The translations under genes were made by a program, and so were the position numbers. A DNA stretch of 63,997 bases, counting the filler, from an uncultured bacterium (GTDB lineage: Bacteria; Auribacterota; CAZIXI01): NCBI GenBank assembly GCA_964543115.1. It is 6 parts of 6 records of this genome, joined end to end, with 100 filler letters (N's around TTAATTAATTAA, not from the genome) between each part and the next. Parts side by side here need not be neighbours in the genome. Positions count along the whole stretch, not along the records: positions 1 to 11,294 come from CAZIXI010000105.1; positions 11,395 to 22,562 come from CAZIXI010000106.1; positions 22,663 to 33,758 come from CAZIXI010000107.1; 3 more parts are not named here. One strand, written 5' to 3'. Each line of letters begins with the position of its first letter. The first letter of the stretch is position 1. Of this stretch, positions 10,387 through 23,336 are shown piece after piece. The notes under the pieces are model-generated. The model searched no databases and was not told where the DNA came from. It worked only from the letters and a program-made list of their open reading frames with translations.

Positions 10387-10974
10387 ATGTGTAAAACACA
10401 GGTTGTTAAGATTGATGCTGAATGTCCCGACAGGAAAATTATTGCCCGGGCCGCTGAGATTATAAAAAAAGGCGGGTTGGTTGTGTTCCCGACAGAAACT
10501 GTTTATGGTATAGCCGCGGATAGTACGAATAAAAAGGCTATTACCCGTTTAAATTCCATTAAGAAACGTCCCGACAACAAACCCTATGCTATTCAAATTG
10601 CCTACAAAAAGGATTTGCCCCGTTATCTTAAACTGATTCCCAAAGAGGCAAAATTATCAATAAAAAAATACTGGCCCGGTCCCCTAACCGGTATCTTCCC
10701 GGCACGTAAGGGCGGTACAATTGGAGTGCGGATTCCCGATAATAAGGTTGCTCTGGCTCTGCTGAGAAGGGTGGGGCGGCCGCTGGCCGCTCCCAGTGCC
10801 AATGTCAGTGGAGGGAAGAGTCCGGTTAATGCCCGGCAGGCCGGCAGGCAATTAAATGGTTTGGTGGACCTTATCCTTGATGCCGGTCCGACACGCTATC
10901 GGAAGGATTCAACAATAATAGATTTTACCTCTAAGCCGGTAAAGGTTATACGAAAAGGAGTTCTTTTTGGCTAA
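10387..10974 (+). CDS. tsaC: L-threonylcarbamoyladenylate synthase (Sua5/YrdC/TsaC)
   Basis: VVFPTETVYG, KKRPDNKP, YWPGPLT, IGVRIPD, PLAAPSAN. Start placed at ATG 10387 because the upstream extension is repeat-derived. Confidence 0.93.
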   Translation: MCKTQVVKIDAECPDRKIIARAAEIIKKGGLVVFPTETVYGIAADSTNKKAITRLNSIKKRPDNKPYAIQIAYKKDLPRYLKLIPKEAKLSIKKYWPGPLTGIFPARKGGTIGVRIPDNKVALALLRRVGRPLAAPSANVSGGKSPVNARQAGRQLNGLVDLILDAGPTRYRKDSTIIDFTSKPVKVIRKGVLFG

Positions 10975-11294
10975 ATATAAAAATATCCTGATCGTTTGTA
11001 CCGGAAATACCTGCCGCAGCCCAATGGCCATGGGCCTGTTGAAAAAAGCGCTGAAAAACAAGCGGGGTGTGAAAATATCTTCTGCCGGTGTGCTTGCGGG
11101 TAATGGGTCCAGGGCGAGCAGTCATGCCATTGGAGTAATGAAGGAAGAGGGTATTGATATTTCAGGGCATCGGTCGCAGCCATTAACCAAAAGTTTAGTG
11201 GCTGCCGCGGATTTGATACTGGTGATGACCCAGGTACATAAACTTGAAGTTATTAATTTGCTGGATTATCCGGGCAAAGAGATATATCTATTAA
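10967..11294 (+). CDS. Low-molecular-weight protein phosphatase, YwlE-like (probable arginine phosphatase), 3' truncated
   Basis: CTGNTCRSPMA P-loop (C-x5-R) with Thr as in YwlE; same gene order as Bacillus ywlC-ywlE. Confidence 0.88.
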
Positions 11295-11394
11295 NNNNNN
11301 NNNNNNNNNNNNNNNNNNNNNNNNNNNNNNNNNNNNNNTTAATTAATTAANNNNNNNNNNNNNNNNNNNNNNNNNNNNNNNNNNNNNNNNNNNN
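11295..11394. other. Artificial contig linker
   Basis: 100 bp of N with central TTAATTAATTAA (stops in six frames). Confidence 0.98.
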
Positions 11395-11405
11395 CCTTAC
11401 GGACA

Positions 11406-14400
11406 ATGAAGGATTATTTTTATCAGTTGGACCAGCTTTTTGGCCCGCCGAGCAAGGAAGATGCTGCCTGGGTAGAAAAGACGCTAAAAAAGGAGTTAGA
11501 GAGTTTAGCGTCAGTTCTTTTTGGCGCCTCCGTGCTGGATTTTGAACCGGCAGAGGTTACCGACCAGATGGGCTTGTGGAAATACGAAAAACAAGATGAA
11601 TTTATCGCTACAGTAAGGCATTGGCCCATGCATCCCACGCACAAAGATGATCCGGATAGAGAAAAATACCGCCAATTGGCCGCCAAACAGGCTGAAGGTA
11701 ATCTGTTATTAGCCTATTATCGCTCAACCTACGGAGGAGAAGAATTAGGTGAAGATCAGGAGAAAGAGGAATACTTTTCTTTATCGCCGTTCCAGACGCT
11801 CTGGGAGTTTTTGGTAATTCCCAGCGCGGTTTATAAAGGTACCACTGATATGGATGAAACCATTACCCGGCAGAATGCCGGGGAGCATGTTGAGGCGCCG
11901 GATTTTATTAAGGTGGTGTTTGAGCGGATATTCAATTTGGGCAATCCGGAAGTGGAACAGCAGTGGTTTGATTCTTACCCTCTTCACCTGCAGTTTATTA
12001 ATACATTATTGCGGCGCTGGAGCCAATTTGATAAGAAAAATCCCAGCCTGGAAGATCCCCGGGTAGCGGAAGGCAGTGAAATTGATCTGGCCGTACTGGC
12101 AACAAAAGAGGCCTGGAAAAAGGTGTTATTTGAGCTGCGGGAAAACAGTGATTTAGAGAATATCTATACCATTATTAAAGATGAAATCTGGCCGGTTTAT
12201 AAAGAACTGTTTGATAAAGACCTGGAAACTGAAAAATACCGTGATTTACTTAAACGGCTGGAAAACGAAGAGCAGGCGGATGTGCAGCCGGGAGAATTCG
12301 ATCCAGATGATCTCACTCAGGAACAGAGGGATATTTTGGAGGCAATCTTTAATGCCCTGCCGCCGGAAGTGCAGCAACAGATAATCGAGCAGGCCATGCA
12401 GGCCATGAGTCAGTGTAGTATGGGAGGGCAGGGGCAACAAGGCCAAGAGGGGCAAGAGGGCCAAGAGGGCCAACAGGGGCAGCAAGGCCAACCTTCACCG
12501 GGCCAGTCAGGCGGAGAAGGCGTTTCCGGAGAATCCTTAGAGGATCTGGAGGGTAAATTAGAACAACTGGGTCAGTCGCTCCAGCAGATAAACGATCTAT
12601 TAGCGGATATTTCAGATGGGATGGAGGGTGTGGGTCAGGATGCCAAAAACGTCAGCCAAGGTTCCCGCCAGGCAGCCGGGGATAAGGATAAAGACAAAGC
12701 GGAAGAAATTGTTGATAAAACCCAATCCATTGTTAATCAGGCGCAGGAGGCGCTGGAATCAGGGCAAAAGATCAGTAGTACAGCACAATCGGCAAACGAT
12801 GATGCTTTTGATACAGCGGAGAACAATCTTTCTTCACCCACAGACGGCCAAGGGGTTTGTGAAGGCACTTCAGAGTTATCTCAGCAGACACAAGAGCAGG
12901 AAGAGAAAATCCAGGAACTGTTGGATAAGGCCCGTGAGCTTAAGGCCAAGGCCCAGCAGTTATTGGCTGCTGTTGGCAGGCAAGACAGTGTGGGTACACA
13001 AGCGGCCAAAGATGATATTCAGCAGGGCAGCCGGCAGATAAGAGATCAGGCAGGAGAGATAAAGGATCAAGCCGGTGATTGCCGGGATTTAGCAGGAGAA
13101 CTATCAGCTGAACTAAAAGAATTGAAAAACCTTCAGGACAAGATAAAGCAGGCCCTGGGTGAAAAAGCAGAAGGTATTGGTGATGAACTAAGGGAAGCCG
13201 GCGGTGAACAGGGAGAAGGTGAGGGCGAAGGTGAGGGTAAAGGCGAAGGAGAAGCGGAAGGGGATGGAGAAAGTTCAGGCGAGGGAGGAGAAGCTGATGG
13301 TGATGCTGCTGATGCATCACCATCAACAAGCAGGCCAGATGGGCCGGGAACAGGTACCAGTGACCGTTTTGGTGTGCCGCAAGCGCCCACTTCGTTAGAC
13401 AATATCTTAGACAGAGACAAACCGGAAACTACTCCGCAGCCGGTTACTACCAGCAAGGTCCAGCGGAATTATGATATTGATCTTCCTTCAGCGGAACAGC
13501 TGGCGGAAGCGGAATTTGAAGATGAAATGCTGCAAACCGGCCTGGAAAGGCATGAGTTAATAGAGTATCAAGAATGGCGGAGTGTATTGACTGATGGAGA
13601 GACAGATCATATCGAGGACCTGGTCGAATGGATGCGGGTATTGCTCAATCCTGAACAGAAGATCAAGTGGAAAGGCACATCCGATCCGGATCATGAAATT
13701 CGTGATGTGGTTTCAGTTTATATGGGTGATGATGAAGGTGCCTTTGAAAAACTAGTAAAAACCGAACCAATGCCGGTACGCCTGACCCTGGTATTTGACA
13801 AAAGCGGGAGTATGGGTTGGAAAAAGCGCCATGAATGGGCAAGATTAACCATGATGCTGTTATTGGAAGCAGTTTATGAGATTAATAGTATGTATCATGG
13901 CAGAAACCAGCCCCTGATCGAATTTGAATTAATAATTTACGATGGGGAAACCAGAGTTCTGCTGGATCATGAAGGAAGCAAAATGTTCGATGGCGAGACA
14001 AAAGAACAGCTGATTTATCGTACATTGAAAAGATTAGAACCTGGTGGAGGTACTGATGATGTTCAGGCAATGGTTAATGCCTCAGAACGAGTAGAAAAGA
14101 CCATTCGTCAGGAGGCGGGGAAATTGCTTAATATCCTAATGAGTGTGGGGGACGGTAATTTCGGTGATATCGGCATGCAGCAGGTAGTCAAAGACAATAT
14201 TGAAGAACGAGGAATAGAGACATTTATTGCTAGTACTGGTGATGCCGAAGCCCGCAGAGATGTGAAAAAATCTTTAGGTGAGGAACACCAAGACCGGGTG
14301 ATTTTACCGAAGAAGCTCGAAGATCTGCCGAAGATGATCGGTGAAAAGGTCGTCAAAGTCTTTAAAAAATACAGTAACGACCCGCGTTTCCGGCAGCAGG

Positions 14401-17400
14401 GATTTTTCGGGGAGCCGGAAGAAGAGCTGCATCAGGAATTAAGAGAGGTATTTAAAGATCAGCAGAAATTTCATTTTGTCCAGGACTGGGAAACAGCCGG
14501 TAAATCGGATGAAGGAGAAACCGGTAGTTTACTGGAAACACTTCCCGCTGCCAAGTCCAGCAAATATAAAGAGTTAGTATTGGAAGCAATGACTAAATTA
14601 GCAGCACAGGAAGAGTATGTGAATTTAAAACAATACAGCCCGGTAATAGTAGACATAGACAAATCCGGCCATTTCAGCGCGGGCCGGCAGAGGATATATA
14701 TACCATTGGTTATATTGGAGATTGCCGCTAAAAATCTGCAGTGGCAGAAGGCTTTATTGGAGACGTTTATTCTGCATGAATATTTGCATAGTATAAAGAA
14801 ACGAATGGAAAAGAGACTGGATATAACAGAAGAGGAAAAGGCGTTAACTGAGCAAATAGATCTTAGTTCTCATGACAGCATAACAGCTTATCTAAAAGAA
14901 AGGGAGCGTGGGTTAGGGCAACTAGACGATCAGGGTAGAAGTACAGCAGAAGTTGCTTACGAACAGTATCTGGAAAGAGACAGAAAGACTGCCTATCGTA
15001 ACTTTTATCTGCAGACCAGGGAAGGGAGAGAATATCTTATTTATAAGAAATACGACAATGACGGCAATGAAACAAGCCGCCGCGAATGGGAACGAGGAGC
15101 GGGCGGACGGTTTGTGCCGGATACTATTACTGTGGATGATGATGCCAACGAGTCATTGATTTTAGAACTACTGGACCGGATGTATGATAAAGGCGAACAA
15201 TTCACCTCCTGCAGCGCGGACGGACAGCTCTATATCCGGGAAGGCGCCAACGGCGAACTGCACCTGGTGAAACGCACAGCCAGCGGGTTCTGGGAAGAAG
15301 AACCCTCAGAAAAAGATATCTTCCGGCCGCGCGCAAAACGCCTGCATTATCAGCAAAAAGGAAAGTACAAACAGTTTGAGGGTAAAGATACGCGGATAAC
15401 TTATCGTTTAGATGAAAAAGGCTGCCTGGAAATACTGCGCGAAGAGGATAACTGGTTAGCAGTGGATGCGCAAGAGCAATTCAGTGAATATGTACAGGTA
15501 CGTTATTTAAGCGATATTAAACGTTATGCAGTATATGATAATGAAAGAAAATTAATTTTAGTTGAGGCCGAAACCGGCATTGTGGAAACACTGGCCATCA
15601 CCGAGCACAAAGAACAGAGCCTGGTGCTGATGAAAGGGGAGACCGGGTTAGGTAAAGATGAGATTGTGCGGGCAGCGGCAAAGTTAATGAACGAAGAGGT
15701 ATTCTACATCACCTGTCATGAAGAAATGACCAGAACCGGGCTGATAGCGCGCCGGGTACTGATAAACGGTGAAAGCCGGCCCTTATATTCTCCCTTAACC
15801 TATGTGCAGCATAACGGCGGCTGGTGTGTGTTAAGTGAATTTAACTATATGGCCCCGGAAGCCAAAGGCACCTTAAAGAAGTCCCTCAGTGACAATACCC
15901 ACAGTTGGTACTATAGCAATAAAGGCGGTCGCCGTCAGCGCAACGATCATGTACACAACCATCCGCGGGGCCGTTACCTGGCCACTACCAATACCGGGAT
16001 AATCGAGCGGGAAGACTGGGCAATATCTGATAGGCAGGAAGAGATGCATTTTGTCTGGCGCTACCCGCCTGACGAAGTGAACCTGCAGGTAGAACTAGCT
16101 AAACGTTCCCTGACCAAGGCCATTGCCAGAGGCCAACGAAAGCCCTTAACCCAGGCGGAGTATGACGCGGAGATAGAACGGATAACCGAAAAAGCCAAGA
16201 AAATGGTATCTATTGCCACACAGTTACGGTTTGTCTACATGGGATTTGCTGATACACAGCGTAACGAGTTATTGAGATTGAGCAAGGTAAAGGGCAAAGA
16301 GGCGCAGGTCCAGGCGCGTAAAGACTGGTATGAAAAGCTGCGCAGTGACAGCTTCTGTAAGATTAAGGGCCGGCCGGGAGACAAGTTGAAACGGGCACCC
16401 AGCCCAAGGGTACTGGCCAATATCCTGCAATACGCGCTTAATTACCCCAATAGCTGGCGGCATTCACCCTGGGCAGTGATTGAGATGTACTTTAACTTTG
16501 AGGTCAACCAGCTCAGTTACCGGGACAAAGAAATACATATGGAAAAGGTGCGTAAACGTTTTCAGGCAGCAGATCAGGCTGGGATGTTTAAAGACAGTGC
16601 AAAGGTAGAACCGGTAATCCTGGATGCTAAAGAAGGCCACTCGTTTAGATATGAAGGAGATACGTTAATGGTAGTGCCCTATAACCGAGAAGGTAAAGAA
16701 AACAAGTATTGGGACAAGATTCGTATTCGCATACCCAAGGGTATGCGCCGGCAGGTAAATAAAGCGATCGAGCGGTGGTTAAGTACGGGAAATGAAGAGA
16801 ACAGCCGGGTACTGTATCATCTGTTACAGTTCCGGGCCCTGGGCAAGAGCCCGATATTGATTGGGGAACAAGGAACGGGTAAAACCGAGTTGGCCGAAGC
16901 CACCCAAGTATTACTTAGCGGCTTAGAACTGGCCAAACAAGTGGATTCCGAGACCAAGTTCAGTGAATTGACTTGGAAAATGGAGCTGGAGGCGGGTGGA
17001 AATTCCTATCCCGAAGAAGGGGTGGTGTTACAGGGCGCGCAGGCCTGGGAGGGAGAGGGCGCCACAGTGTTATTGGATGAAATAGCTGCCGGGGCGAAAA
17101 ACGTGGTTGGCGGGTTAAACGAGATTGTTGAGCGCGGTTATGTGGTAATGCCGGATGGCAGTGTGTATTATGCGGGAGATTTATTCGGGTTTATCTTTAC
17201 CGCCAATCCACCGGGCGGACCGTTTGAGGTAGAGGCGCCGCATGACGCGTTTATTGAGCGGTGTCCGGTAATTGTGATGAAACCATTACCGATTGAGCAG
17301 ATGTATGATTTTCTCTTAAAAGAGAAGGGCCATTTGGGTGAGAGTGTGAATTGGAACGTGATTGGACATTTGCCAAAGGCAGCGGATAATAAACCCATTA

Positions 17401-20400
17401 CCAAAGACAGTGAAGGAAACGAGTATCCGGAAGGGCGCTGGCAGGGGTTAGTGGGAGTGGTGCAGTATCTGCGGGGCGCGGTGGACCGGCAGCGTAACAA
17501 ACGAGTAATCCCGCGTATTCCGGGTTTCCGTACTTTTAAACGCATGTTCCGGAAAATGATCAATACCTGGGATAACCCAAATGTTTTTCCCGGGATGAAC
17601 GAGCAAGAAAAGCTCTGGTACTGGTTTAATTCCTGTTTTGTGCAAGAAGGGACAGCAAAAGAAAAGGCCGCCTGGGAAGAGCTGTTAAAGAAAGCCTTTA
17701 AGGAATCGCAGTTGTGGACGGACGATGAAGGCAAGGATGCGGTAGCGGAGTATTTGAATGGCGAAGATATGATCATCCGTGTAGATGAACCGGAATGGTA
17801 CCGCGAGCCGGATAGTGAGGACCCGGAGATCGATCAGATACTGCAATATATCCAGAAAGTGACCCGGGGCAAGGGATTGAAAGACAGATTGAATGGGCTG
17901 GTAGAAAAAGTGGAAGAGCTTATTGGTGGGGAAAAAGATTGGCAGAAACTGAAATTTGGGAAAAAACTGGAACGAGTATATAAATTGCGGGAGATATATC
18001 AGATTGTGAAATTAGCGCGTGAAGAACGCAAGTTGGGTGTAAAGGCAGGCAATTATCTGGATGATGAATACAATCTAATGGAAGCGGCTATTCTGAAGCC
18101 TATCCGGATAAAATTGGTCACAAAAGAAGGCTGGCCGCCCAGCTTTTTCCAGCAGCGCAATAGCTGGCTGGAGCTAAAGGAGCTGTGGGGTGAATTGCCC
18201 GCTACGGGAGATCTGACAATTGATGATTTATTAGGTAAATTAGCGGTAAATATTGATGATAGAAAATATAGAAATGAGAAGATAGATACATTGATAGAAA
18301 TGGTTGCGGCTATTGCCAAGAAACTAGCCGGGCAGGAATTATTTGAACTAATTGGAGATTTGTCGTTAATAATGAGAATAAAAGAAAATACTGCCAAAAT
18401 ACAAAAAGCCGGTAAACCCGTTAAGAAATTGAAAGATTTTATTAGCCGGGCAATTAATGCTGGACCTCTGCCGTTAACAGAATTGAACAGATTAAAGAAG
18501 ATGAAAGAAAAACAGGCAACAGAGTTATTTGGGGTTGTTGGCGTAAAACATGAGACAACAGCGAAGACGATAGCTGAGATCCAGCGGCTGGCTGAAGGCT
18601 GTGCTGAAGATGACTTTGCCCGGAAAAAGATAGGAGAAATAGGCGATCAGATTCAATTGCTGGCGCGACTTTACCGCTGGGTGACAGTAAAGGCAGTATA
18701 CGAAAAGAAACCAAAAAAGCTAAAAGAATTAATTGCCGTGCTAAAAATGATCCAGCAAATCCAGGAAACAGTAATTGAGCAAATGACCGGCGGAGAAAGT
18801 CAGGCGGTAGACGCTATTATTGGCGATCAGTTAGCGCGGCTGGTTTCAGCCGTAGAAGATACCCGGGAAAGATTAGCAAAGCGAACGGTAACGCCTGTAT
18901 TATTGCAGAAAGGTCCGCCAACTTGGCCCTTTAATCAAGTGCAAGATGATATCATTTACGAGGGACTAGCTGATCTGCCGCAGGAGGTAATGAATCCCTT
19001 TCAGGAAGAGATAAATAGTGTAAGAGATGCTGATCTGGAAGGGTATTCTCGTTTAACAAAATGCTTTATCTTGGGCAGCCGGTATCTGCTGCAGACAAAG
19101 CAGGGTGAAGAAGGTAATCCAAAACTGTTAAAGAAAATAATGACTATTTTAGATAGTGGGGACCAAGAAGATCCCGATGAATATATAGTTTCTAGCCTGA
19201 TTAGTAGTTACTTGATATCTGTTTTAACCCAGGCAAAAAAGGAAGAACAGGCAGAGGGGATTCTTGGTGAGACCAATAATATAAAGTTTTTGGCCTATCA
19301 TGCCATGCTTAGTGTACGTAATTTTTCTAAAAGCGAGATTGAAATTGTAGAAAAACGAATTGCTGATATGAGTATTGCCTTGAGCTATTTAGTTAGTGTT
19401 CTTTCCCGGATAGACAATTTGCCTGATTTGCTTACCGATTCAGCATTAAGGGGAAGCGGCAAAGATCTTGTTGAGCAGGCCTATGATTGGTGTTGGACAG
19501 AAGCTAGACCTTATTACCAGAGTAAGGCTGCCAGTTATTTGATTTCTGTGTTAGCCGAAGCCGGTTTATGGGAAAAATACAAGGATAAACTGCCGGATTT
19601 AGTTCAAATAGCTGTTGATTCAGCTTACCAGATTATGGCGCCGTTTGACAAAATCCTGGCCTTCAGCGAACTGATTATCGCCTTAACCAAAGCCGGCTGG
19701 ACAAAGGAAGAGATCCTGGCTTTAAAGCCACAGCAGCCAACAGCTGAAGATACTGACAAAAATATTCTTCGTCTGGCCTGGCAAGAAGTTATAGAGACTA
19801 GTGACGACCATTATGAAGACAGCATAGCATTCAGTCAGTTGTTTTTGGCTGCCGAGCTGGCTGGTTTTACTAAAACTGATTTTAATAATAGTCTTAAAAA
19901 GAAACGTTGGAAAGGTTGGGATACAAGCCAATTAACATACTACGCATATAATTCTTACGAGTCCATTGATAATGATTATGGCCGTTGCCTGGCCTTATGT
20001 CAGATCCTTTCTGTGTTAAAGCGCGCTGACAAATTAGCCGAGTTTGGAAAACTACTGCGGAGAGCAAGATCAGCAAAACGTCTACTGCAAACTGCCTATG
20101 CCGCAGCGAATAAGATTAAGGATAAAAACGGCAATCCAGACTATCGCAAACAAGTTCAGGCCTATTGTCATTTATTAGCGGTTATGGTGCAGGCGGGACA
20201 ATTTCAGGAAGATGATAGCCCTATCTTTAATATCCGTAATCTTCTACAAAAGATTATTACAGTAATGGCCCTTTGCGACCCGGAGGATAGGGTGCAGGTG
20301 CAGGAGAAATTCTATCGCCTGCTGGGCAGGATAATCTATCATTGGCAGGGATTGGAACAGGCCCAGAGCCAAACAGAAACCACCACTGATTTTGAGCAGC

Positions 20401-22562
20401 TGCCCCTGGATCAACAAGCCGATCAAATTACTGCCCTGCTCCAAAGCAAACAACCCCCTGCCCAATCCCCGCCACAACCAATGTCACACCCCGGGGAAGT
20501 GGAAAGGTTAGGCGTGCTGTTCGGCGGGACGGAGTTATTATTGCCTTCTGGCGGTGAATACTTGAATGTGCCGGCTGAAATAATCTCGGACATTAACACC
20601 TGCCTGCCGGAAATCGGAAAAGAAATGTCAACTATGGACCAGCATGTGCGGGCCCAAACATATTTGCTGGGGTATTTATCAGCCCTGAAACAAAGTGATA
20701 ACCCGGATAATGTACGATTACACGGGGAAGCCTGGAACAGGATTAGCAAACAGCGGGATTATGCCTATCAATTGATTGATTATGCTTACTATACAAAGAT
20801 TGAATTCCAAAAACACGGCCGGATTAAAAGTCCAGTGACTATTAAAGAGCGCTTTAAACATTATTTAGAAAAAGGGCTGTCCGAGAACAAAGACTGGGAA
20901 AGCTTTGCCTATAGTTATGTAATCGCCACCCTGGCAGAAATCGGTATGCCGGAAGTGATTGAGGAATTAAATAGAGACGGCAAAAACATAATCCAGCTGG
21001 CCTATGACAGCGCCGATAAGATCGAAAACCCGCTCAGGCGCAGCCGCGCCTATAGTTACCTGGTGCGGGCGCTGGCTGCTGCCGGCGAGGATAAACTTGC
21101 CTGGCTGGATAAGGAAGAGTTCAAGGCGGAGGTAGATGGTGAGAAACTGGATATCTTTCAGTTAGCCTATCGAACTGTTTTCTACACGGAGACAATATCC
21201 ATGGACCGTGTGTTGGCGATAAGTGATTTAATGATTGCCTTAGTTGCCGCCGACCGTCCGCAAATGGTGGATGAATTGCTTTTTCCTGGCGGGATCAAGC
21301 GCAGCTTAACAGGCGTCGCCATGGCCAATATAGATGAGGCAGCAATGACGCCGGTAGAGGCCTGCCTTGCCAATTGTTATTTAATTGCTGCCCTCCATAA
21401 AATAGGCGCTTTTAAGGATAATCCTGTAATGCGCGATGAGTTATGTCAGCAGGCATTATCCTCCGCGCGGCAGGTAGGCGTTTTGCCTTATACCCGCTGC
21501 CTCGTATTTAGCCATCTATTGGCCGCCTTTGCCGAGGTTTATGGCGAGAGAGAATTACCAGCCAAGTTGGGCAACTATCAAAAAATTGCCAAGGAAGCTA
21601 TAAAAGCGGCGCTGCATAAGGACAATTCAAATGAGCAAATGGCCCGGGGTCTAATCGCTTTATTCCGGGCCCTGATCCAGGCCAACAGATTAGATCTAAT
21701 GCTGAACCAGAAACTTGCTGGCCGAGACGTAGATCTCCTTAGAATTACCTGGGAAAAAGTAAACACTGCCAACACCGAAGACCGGCCGCAACTGCTGGCG
21801 GACCTTATCGCCGTCCTGTCCAATTGCCTTTTCTATTGGCAGAGTGAACCGGCAGCCGGGGAAACAGGCGACGATATACATGTGACGGCAGAAGCTGAAA
21901 CCGCGATTAATGGACTATTAACGGATCTGGTCAAAAGCATTAACAGTGCCGCGAAACAAATTCAACCGCCGCGCAAAAAGAAGAAAGCGGACAAATCGAA
22001 AGCCGGAGACGGTTCCCGCAAGCGCAAGTTTGATCTTGCCCGGATAGCGAAGGTTAAAGGGAGAATTACCGCTCTAGCCGTTTCTCCGGATGGAAAGAAA
22101 ATAACTATTGCTTATACATATAAGCAAAGAGGCAGGATAGAGTGTTTTGATGCAGGGACTGGAGATGAAATAGAAGGTTTAAGATTTATCGCTCTTCGTG
22201 AAGTCGAGCATGAATATGCGCATGACTGGGATATTAATGGCCTCAGTTATTCGCCGGACGGCCGGCAGCTTATTTCAGTGGCTGAAGATGGGGTTGTGCG
22301 GGCCTGGGATGCGGCAACAGGTGTGTTGATGCCTGACCTTGAATTTGTTGATCCTTGGGCTTTGGCGCTCGATTCAGAAGGAAATCTTTTTGTAGTGGAT
22401 GCAGGTATGGAAAGAGTTAAGTTTGTTCCAAGGACTGATGGAAATTACTATAGTCAAGATATGATGGCGAATAAGATTTATACCATTGCTGGAGGGGGGA
22501 ATGAATTGAATGATGGATATCATGGTTGTGATACTGAACAGAGTGGAGATTACTTCGGTGAT
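11406..22562 (+). CDS. Giant (>3700 aa) vWA + HExxH + 2x MoxR/dynein-type AAA+ + helical repeat + WD40/NHL protein, open at both contig ends
   Basis: MIDAS VFDKSGS (13797), T..D and VGDG; HEYLH (14775); GETGLGKD (15636); GEQGTGKT (16863) with LLDE (17076); about 15 helical repeats; WD40 SPDG...WD and NHL PWALALDSEGNLFVVD at the end. Confidence 0.9.
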
Positions 22563-22662
22563 NNNNNNNNNNNNNNNNNNNNNNNNNNNNNNNNNNNNNN
22601 NNNNNNTTAATTAATTAANNNNNNNNNNNNNNNNNNNNNNNNNNNNNNNNNNNNNNNNNNNN
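22563..22662. other. Artificial contig linker
   Basis: N-TTAATTAATTAA-N, 100 bp. Confidence 0.98.
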
Positions 22663-23331
22663 GGCCTACCCAATATCCCAGATGATGAGATAAAGGGGGG
22701 TACGGTTTTTCTCGATGAGGTATCGGCAACCAGCCCGACCATTCAGGTTAAATTGCTGCGCGTTCTTCAGGAAAAGGAAATCAAGCGGGTTGGTGATACG
22801 AAGGATATTAACGTTAATGTGCGCGTGATTGCCGCCACCAATAAGAAACTTGATGAAGAAGTGAGTAAGGGTACGTTCAGGGAGGATCTTTATTACCGCC
22901 TGAGTGTTATTCCCGTTGAACTGCCGCCTTTACGGGACCGTAAAGATGATTTGGCGCTGCTAGTCGGGCATTTTCTGGAAAAATACCGCGGCGAGGAAGG
23001 CAAAAACCAGCGTACGGTTACAGTAGAGGTAATGGATATCTTTCGCGATTATGAGTGGCCGGGTAATGTACGGGAACTGGAAAATGTAATCGAGCGGGCT
23101 GTGGCCCTGACAGAAGAAGAGAATATTTTCCCCAGAGACCTGCCGGATAAAATGCTTAAAGAAACCGGCAGGGCGGTTTCTTTTCCGCCGCAAACTACCC
23201 TGAAAAACGTCATGCGCCAAAAAGAAAAAGAATACATCCGTCACATCCTCCAGCAGGCCGACGGGAATAAAAAAGAAGCGGCGAGGATTCTGGGTATTGA
23301 TCTGGCCACCCTCTACCGCAAACTACAGTAG
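22663..23331 (+). CDS. Sigma-54-dependent Fis-family activator (NtrC/PilR-like), 5' truncated
   Basis: [43 protein letters not shown]-terminal [23 protein letters not shown]. Confidence 0.95.
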   Translation, partial: GLPNIPDDEIKGGTVFLDEVSATSPTIQVKLLRVLQEKEIKRVGDTKDINVNVRVIAATNKKLDEEVSKGTFREDLYYRLSVIPVELPPLRDRKDDLALLVGHFLEKYRGEEGKNQRTVTVEVMDIFRDYEWPGNVRELENVIERAVALTEEENIFPRDLPDKMLKETGRAVSFPPQTTLKNVMRQKEKEYIRHILQQADGNKKEAARILGIDLATLYRKLQ

Positions 23332-23336
23332 TCTAA

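Noticed and set aside
11339..11350. TTAATTAATTAA palindrome recurring about every 11 kb
   Set aside because: It is an artificial six-frame-stop contig linker embedded in N runs, not a biological periodic motif.
22663..22700. Atypical [11 protein letters not shown] before GGTVFLDE in the sigma-54 activator
   Set aside because: It lies at the contig edge and may be a low-quality or chimeric end, so it was not interpreted.
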